Assembly: GCF_039654945.1 (NCBI RefSeq) | Contig: NW_027361679.1 | Span: forward strand, 35,836,001-35,900,000 | Reading direction: 5' to 3' | Source: Dendrobates tinctorius | Lineage: Eukaryota | DNA length: 64,000 nt | Shown: positions 58,111-64,000 of the stretch, in pieces | How positions within the stretch are numbered: the stretch's first letter is position 1 | How the letters are laid out: each line of letters starts with the position of its first letter | The notes under the pieces: generated by a model | Database searches by the model: none | Told to the model about the DNA's origin: nothing | What the model saw: only the letters and a program-made list of their open reading frames with translations | Program-made: the position numbers and the translations under genes

Positions 58111-59318
58111 GGGGGTTTCCACTGTTTGGGCACATCAGGTGCTCTCCAAACGCAACATGGCATCTGATCTCAATTCCAGCCAATTCTGTGTTGAATAAGT
58201 CAAATGGCGCTCCTTCCTTTCCAAGCTCTGCCATGCGCCCAAACAGTGTTTTACCCCCACATATGGGGTATCAGCATACTCAGGACAAATTGCAAAACAA
58301 CTTTTGGAGTCCAATTTCTCCTGTTACCCTTAGGAAAATAAAAAATTGGGGGCAAAAATCTCATTTTTGTGGAAAAAAATATTTTTTTATTTTCACGCCT
58401 GGGCGTTATAAACTTCTGTGAAGCACTTGGGGGTTCAAAGTGCTCACCACATATTTAGATAAGTTCTGTGGGGGCTCTAGTTTCCAAAATGGGGTCACTT
58501 GTGGGGAGTTTCAATAGTTTAGGCACATCAGAGGCTCTCCAAACGCACATGACACCCGCAGACCATTCCATCAAAGTCTGCATTCCAAAACGTCACTACT
58601 TCCCTTCCGAGCCCCGACGTGTGCCCATACAGTAGTTTTCTCCCACATATGAGGTATCAGCGTACTCAGAACAAATTGGACAACAACTTTTGGGTCCAAT
58701 TTCTCCTGGTACCCTTGGGAAAATAAAAAAATTGGGGACTAAATGATAATGTTTGTGGAAAAAATACGATTTTTTTATTTTCACGCCCGGGCATTATAAA
58801 CTTCTGTGAAGCCCTTGGGGGTTCAAAGTGCTCACCACATATCTAGATAAGTTCCTTAGGGGGTCTAGTTTCCAAAATGGTGTCATTTGTGGGGGGTTTC
58901 CACTGTTTAGGTACATCAGTGGCAGGGGCGTACCGTCAATAGTAGCAGACCACGCATCTGCTATGGGGCCCGGAGAGGTGTGGGGGCCCTGGGTGAGGGG
59001 GCCCGCAACGGCGGCTGCGGTTTGGCAGCTGTGCTGTGCTGACACAGTACTATCTCCTTTAATTAAATGTAAGCGACGGCCGCTGTATACCCCCTGGTTG
59101 GGCACCTTGAAGCTCTCCTTTCCTTGTTTCCTGGTCAGCAGTTGGCTGAAGTCTCTGGCTGGATTTGCATTAGAATGCCATGCCTGCGTACATTGCAGGA
59201 AGCAGAAAACATTCATCATGAGCCTCTCTCACTCAGGGACAGGGACACACACAAGACGGTGACTTGGCGAGCCCAGCTGGGGGTGGATTTTTTTTGTTAA
59301 ATGTGTCCCCTCACTGTG

Positions 59319-59500
59319 CTGTGTGCGATATACAGCATCCTGTGTGCGATATACATCGTCCTGTGTGTGATATACAGCGTCCTGTGTGCGATATACAGCA
59401 TCCTGTGTGTGATATACAGCGTCCTGTGCGCTATATACAGTGTCCTGTGTGCAATATACAGCGTCCTGTGTGCGATATACAGCGTCCTGTGTTTGATATT
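59319..59500. repeat. 21-bp minisatellite, ~8 copies
   Basis: Unit ctgtgtgcgatatacagcgtc. Confidence 0.9.
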
Positions 59501-59626
59501 CAGTGTCTGCTGGCAGCCTGGCACTTTACATTTACAATGGCTCTGGCTGCACTTTGCACCTTAGGGAGGGGGGGCCCGGCTGCACGCACTGTGGAGGGTG
59601 AAGGGGGCCCTGCATGCACTGCAGGG

Positions 59627-59684
<58 letters not shown>

Positions 59685-59936
59685 CACTGAGCCACCAATG
59701 ATTTATTCTGCCTTGCTAAATGTCTGTGTTATATATATATATATATATATATATTGACAATCAGCTACTTGTTGGCCAATAGCTGATAGCCCATTTTGGC
59801 ATTTATGCTCACAGGATGATCACTATAAATTGTTTTGTGTGCATAGATTATTATTGTTCTCAGCATCATATACTGGTTACAAAGAAGGATGTGTTACAGA
59901 GTGGGATTATTTTTAAGCCAGATTGAAAATCATTTT

Positions 59937-61156
59937 AGTGCAGTATATATGAGCTCCTGGACAGTATTTGGGCCCCTGTGCAGTATATATGGGCTCCTGG
60001 ACAGTATTTGGGCCCCTGTGCAGTATATATGGGCTCCTGGACAGTATTTGAGCCCCTGTGCAGTATATATGAGCTCCAGGACAGTATTTGGGCCCCTGTG
60101 CAGTATATATGGGCTCCAGGACAGTATTTGGGCCCCTGTGCAGTATATATGAGCTCCTGGACAGTATTTGGGCCCCTGTGCAGTATATATCGGCTCCTGG
60201 ACAGTATTTGGGCCCCTGTGCTGTATATATGGGCTCCTGGACAGTATTTGGGCCCCTGTGCAGTATATATGAGCTCCAGGACAGTATTTGGGCCCCTGTG
60301 CAGTATATATGGGCTCCAGGACAGGACTTGAGCCCCTGTGCAGTATATATGGGCTCCTGGACAGTATTTGGACGCCTGTGCAGTATATATGAGCTCCAGG
60401 ACAGTATTTGGGCCCCTGTGCAGTATATATGGGCTCCAGGACAGTATTTGGGCCCCTGTGCAGTATATATGGGCTCCAGGACAGTACTTGAGCCCCTGTG
60501 CAGTATATATCGGCTCCTGGACAGTATTTGGCCCCCTGTGCAGTATATATGAGCTCCAGGACAGTATTTGGGCCCCTGTGCAGTATATATGAGTTCCTGG
60601 ACAGTATTTGGGCCCTTGTGCAGTATATATGGGCTCCTGGACAGTATTTGGACCCCTGTGCAGTATATATGGGCTCCTGGACAGTATTTGGGCCCCTGTG
60701 CTGTATATATGGGCTCCTGGACAGTATTTGAGCCCCTGTGCAGTATATATGAGCTCCAGGACAGTATTTGGGCCCTTGTGCAGTATATATGGGCTCCAGG
60801 ACAGTATTTGGGCCCCTGTGCAGTATATATGAGCTCCAGGACAGTATTTGGGCCCCTGTGCAGTATATGAGTTCCTGGACAGTATTTGGGCCCTTGTGCA
60901 GTATATATGGGCTCCTGGACAGTATTTGGACCCCTGTGCAGTATATATGGGCTCCTGGACAGTATTTGGGCCCCTGTGCTGTATATATGGGCTCCTGGAC
61001 AGTATTTGAGCCCCTGTGCAGTATATATGAGCTCCAGGACAGTATTTGGGTCCCTGTGCAGTATATATGAGTTCCTGGACAGTATTTGGGCCTTGTGCAG
61101 TATATATGGGCTCCTGGACAGTACTTGGGCCCCTGTGCAGTGTATATGAGCTCCTT
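59937..61156. repeat. 40-bp minisatellite, ~30 copies
   Basis: Unit cagtatatatg(a/g)gctcc(t/a)ggacagtatttgggcccctgtg. Confidence 0.97.
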
Positions 61157-64000
61157 CCATGTTGACTTTTACAAGGAATATATCAAATTGGATGTAAGTG
61201 TTTTACTTTTTCTTTTACTCAAATGAGAAAAAAAATCAAAGACTAGCTATAAAATTAATTGTTTGACCTATAACATACATGCCTGGAGTTCAGAGCACCT
61301 GTTGATTTTTTTTTTTTTTTTTTTTTTTTGGGGGGGGGGGGGGGGGGGCATTCAGACTTTCGCTATAGGGCCCCATGATTTCTATGTACACCTCTGATCA
61401 GGAGCTCTCCAAAGGCAACATGACACCCGCAGACCATTCCATCGAAGTCTGCATTTCAAAACGTCACTACTTCCCCTCCGAGCCCCGACGTGTGCCCATA
61501 CAGTAGTTTTCTCCCACATACGGGGTATCGGTGTACTCAGGAAAAACTGAACAACTTTTGGGGTCCATTTTCTCCTGGTACCCTTGGGAAAATAAAAAAA
61601 TTGGGGACTAAATGATCATGTTTGTGGAAAAAATACAATTTTTTTATTTTCACGCCCGGGCGTTATAAACTTCTGTGAAGCACTGGGGCTTTCAAAGTGC
61701 TTACCACACATCTAGATAAGTTCCTTAGGGGGTCTAGTTTCCAAAATGGGGTCACTTGTGGGGGGATTCCACTGTTTAGGTACATCAGGGGCTTTCCAAA
61801 CGCTACATGGTGTCCGATCTCAATTCCAGCCAAAAATGTCAAATGGCGCGGCTTCTCTTCCGAGCTCTGTCATGCACCCAAATAGTCGTTTATACCCACA
61901 TATGGGGTATCAGCGTACTCAGGACAAATTGCACACTAACTTTTAGGGGCCTGTTACCCTTGGAAAAGTAAGAATTGAGGGTGAAAAGATCATTTTTGTG
62001 GAAAAAATATGATTTTTTAATTGTACGGCTGTACGTTATAAACTTCTGTGAAGCCCTTGGGGGTTCAAAGTTCTCATCACACATCTAGATAAGTTCCTTG
62101 GGGGTCTAGTTTCCAAAATGGTGTCATTTGTTGGGGGTTTCCACTGTTTTGGTACATCAGGGGCTTTCCAAACGCGACATGGTGTCCGATATCAATTCCA
62201 GCCAAAAAAGTCAAATGGCGCTGCTTCCCTTCCGAGCTCTGCCATGCGCCCAAACAGTCGTTTACACCCACATATGGGGTATCAGCATACTCAAGACAAA
62301 TTGCACAATAACTTTTAGGGTCCTGTTACCCTTGGGAAAATAAAAATTGGAGGTGAAATGATCATTTTTGTGGAAAAAATTTGATTTTTTAATTGTACAG
62401 CTGTACGTTATAAACTTCTGCGAAGCCCTTGTGGGTTTAAAGTTCTCACCACATATCTAGATAAGTTCCTTGGGGGGGGGGTCTAGTTTCCAAATTGGGG
62501 TCACTTGTGGGGGGGTTTCCACTGTTTAGGTACATCAGGGGCTCTCCAAACGTGACATGGCATCCGATCTGAATTTTGCATTGAAAAAGTCAAACGGCGC
62601 TCCTTCCCTTCTGAGCTGTCATGCGCCGAAACAGGGGTTCCCCCCCACATATCAGGTATCAGCGCACTCAGGACAAATTGCACAATACCTTTTCCAGTCC
62701 AATTTCTCCTTTTACCCTTGGTAAAATAAAATAATTGAACCTGAAGTATTTTTTTTTTTAAACATTCAAAAAATTCCTGTGAAGCACCTGAAGGGTTAAT
62801 AAACTTCTTGAATGTGGTTTTGAGCACCTTGAGGGGTGCAGTTTTTAGAATGGTGTCACTTTTGGGTATTTTCTATCATATAGACCCCCCAAAGTGGCTT
62901 CAAATGTGATGTGGTCCGTAAAAATAAAATGGTGTTGCAAAAATGAGAAATCGCTGGTCAACTTTTAACCCTTATAACTTCCTAACAAAAAAAAAAATTT
63001 TGGTTCCAAAATTGTGCTGATGTAAAGTAAATATGTTGGAAATGTTACTTATAGGTTTTTTGTGTGCCATATCTCTGATTTAAGGGCATAAAAATTCAAA
63101 GTTGGAAAATTGCAAAATTTTCAAAGTTTTCGCCAAATTTCCGTTTTTTTTCACAAATAAACGCAAGTTATATGAATGAAATTTTACCACTATCATGAAG
63201 TACAATATGTCACGAGAAAACAATGTCAGAATCACCAAGATCCATGGAAGCGTTTCAGAGTTATTACCTAATAAAGGGACAGTGGTCAGAATTGTAAAAA
63301 TTGGCCCGGTCATGAATGTGCAAACCACCCTTGGGGGTTAAGGGGTTAATTACCAAACATTAGTCTACATTGGCCCCTGCATAAAGGTTGTATCCAAATT
63401 TGTTTCCAAATGAAGAGAAATTGAAATCCGAATGAACTTTAACTTTTGAACCTCTCAGGATTTCTCATGTCACTGTGGACAGAAAACAAGGTGTTTTTTT
63501 CACCCAAACAGTGTAGGAGCTTGCTCTCCAATAAAAATGATATCCATGTGAAGAGATTTAATATGCCGCTCATGAAAATCTAGCGTAAATGCCCTATGCA
63601 AATCGGATTGGTACACATCAGTTCTCTACAAAAAAAAAAAAAAAAAGTATAATTTTTATTGAGGGCAATCACCTATATAGCTTTATCAGTACCTGCATAT
63701 GTAAGAAATGTGCCGACAGGTTCCTTTTCAGCAAGAGGTCTTTGCAGCGTGAAAGGGGAACTGGCAAGCATTATACAAATTGACAAACATGTTCTTCCAC
63801 TGTCTATGCAAGTCATTGTTGAAACTGCATTTTGGCCACACGTAGGGTTCAGTTTGGGCCTTTGTCTGAAGCCCTAAAGAACAGGATTCAGGTAGAACTT
63901 CTAAAAGGGCCATTCATTTCAATGAGGCAGACAGTCATTATGTGTTCTGTCCATCTTTTTTAGGCAGGCACAGTTGACCACCACACGCTTTTTGAGGCAG

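Larger units (their letters stand above)
58923..61396. mobile_element. hAT-type non-autonomous element carrying tandem arrays
   Basis: CAGGGGCGTAC...GTACACCTCTG; 8-bp TSD atcagtgg/atcaggag (2 mismatches); removal restores the host unit catcagg(g)gctctcc. Confidence 0.78.
56610..63345. mobile_element. 6.7-kb non-autonomous piggyBac-type element with ~375-390-bp tandem units
   Basis: TTAA|CCCCTTA...TAAGGGG|TTAA; no transposase ORF; unit marker at ~58477, 58865, 61735, 62105, 62483. Confidence 0.82.

Noticed and set aside
59913-61160. 415-aa ORF and many overlapping ORFs
   Set aside because: Translation of a stop-free 40-bp minisatellite inside a hAT element; cycles through three frames of one unit.
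61305-61348. Abutting poly-T/poly-G run as a terminator or G4 switch
   Set aside because: Homopolymers within a TE subterminal region, error-prone in sequencing; no supporting context.

Overview
Vertebrate genomic DNA, most likely a frog (inferred from the repeat repertoire: T2/Kolobok MITEs, IR/DR Tc1, DIRS, chromoviruses). The only host gene I can support is the 3' part of a small-HERC (HERC5/6-like) HECT E3 ligase on the + strand. It has 9 GT-AG exons (7304..52340) that splice in frame to 408 codons ending in a catalytic-Cys C-lobe with a divergent active-site motif. Most of the rest is a deeply nested transposon landscape: a young full-length chromovirus (796-bp LTRs, chromodomain, self-priming-type PBS), a complete but decayed DIRS element carrying three solo LTRs and a hAT MITE, three Tc1-type transposase loci (one DD37E, one inverted composite), two non-autonomous Helitrons, satellite-carrying piggyBac-type elements, CR1/L2/SINE fragments, many MITEs, and an inverted Penelope-type repeat with minimal hammerhead ribozyme motifs. 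I did not find a convincingly new protein-coding system. The best leads are the strand-asymmetric hammerhead pair, the composite Tc1, internal modules shared across DNA-transposon superfamilies, and the divergent HECT motifs. All coordinates and alignments were read by eye, and family assignments come from remembered motifs rather than database searches.
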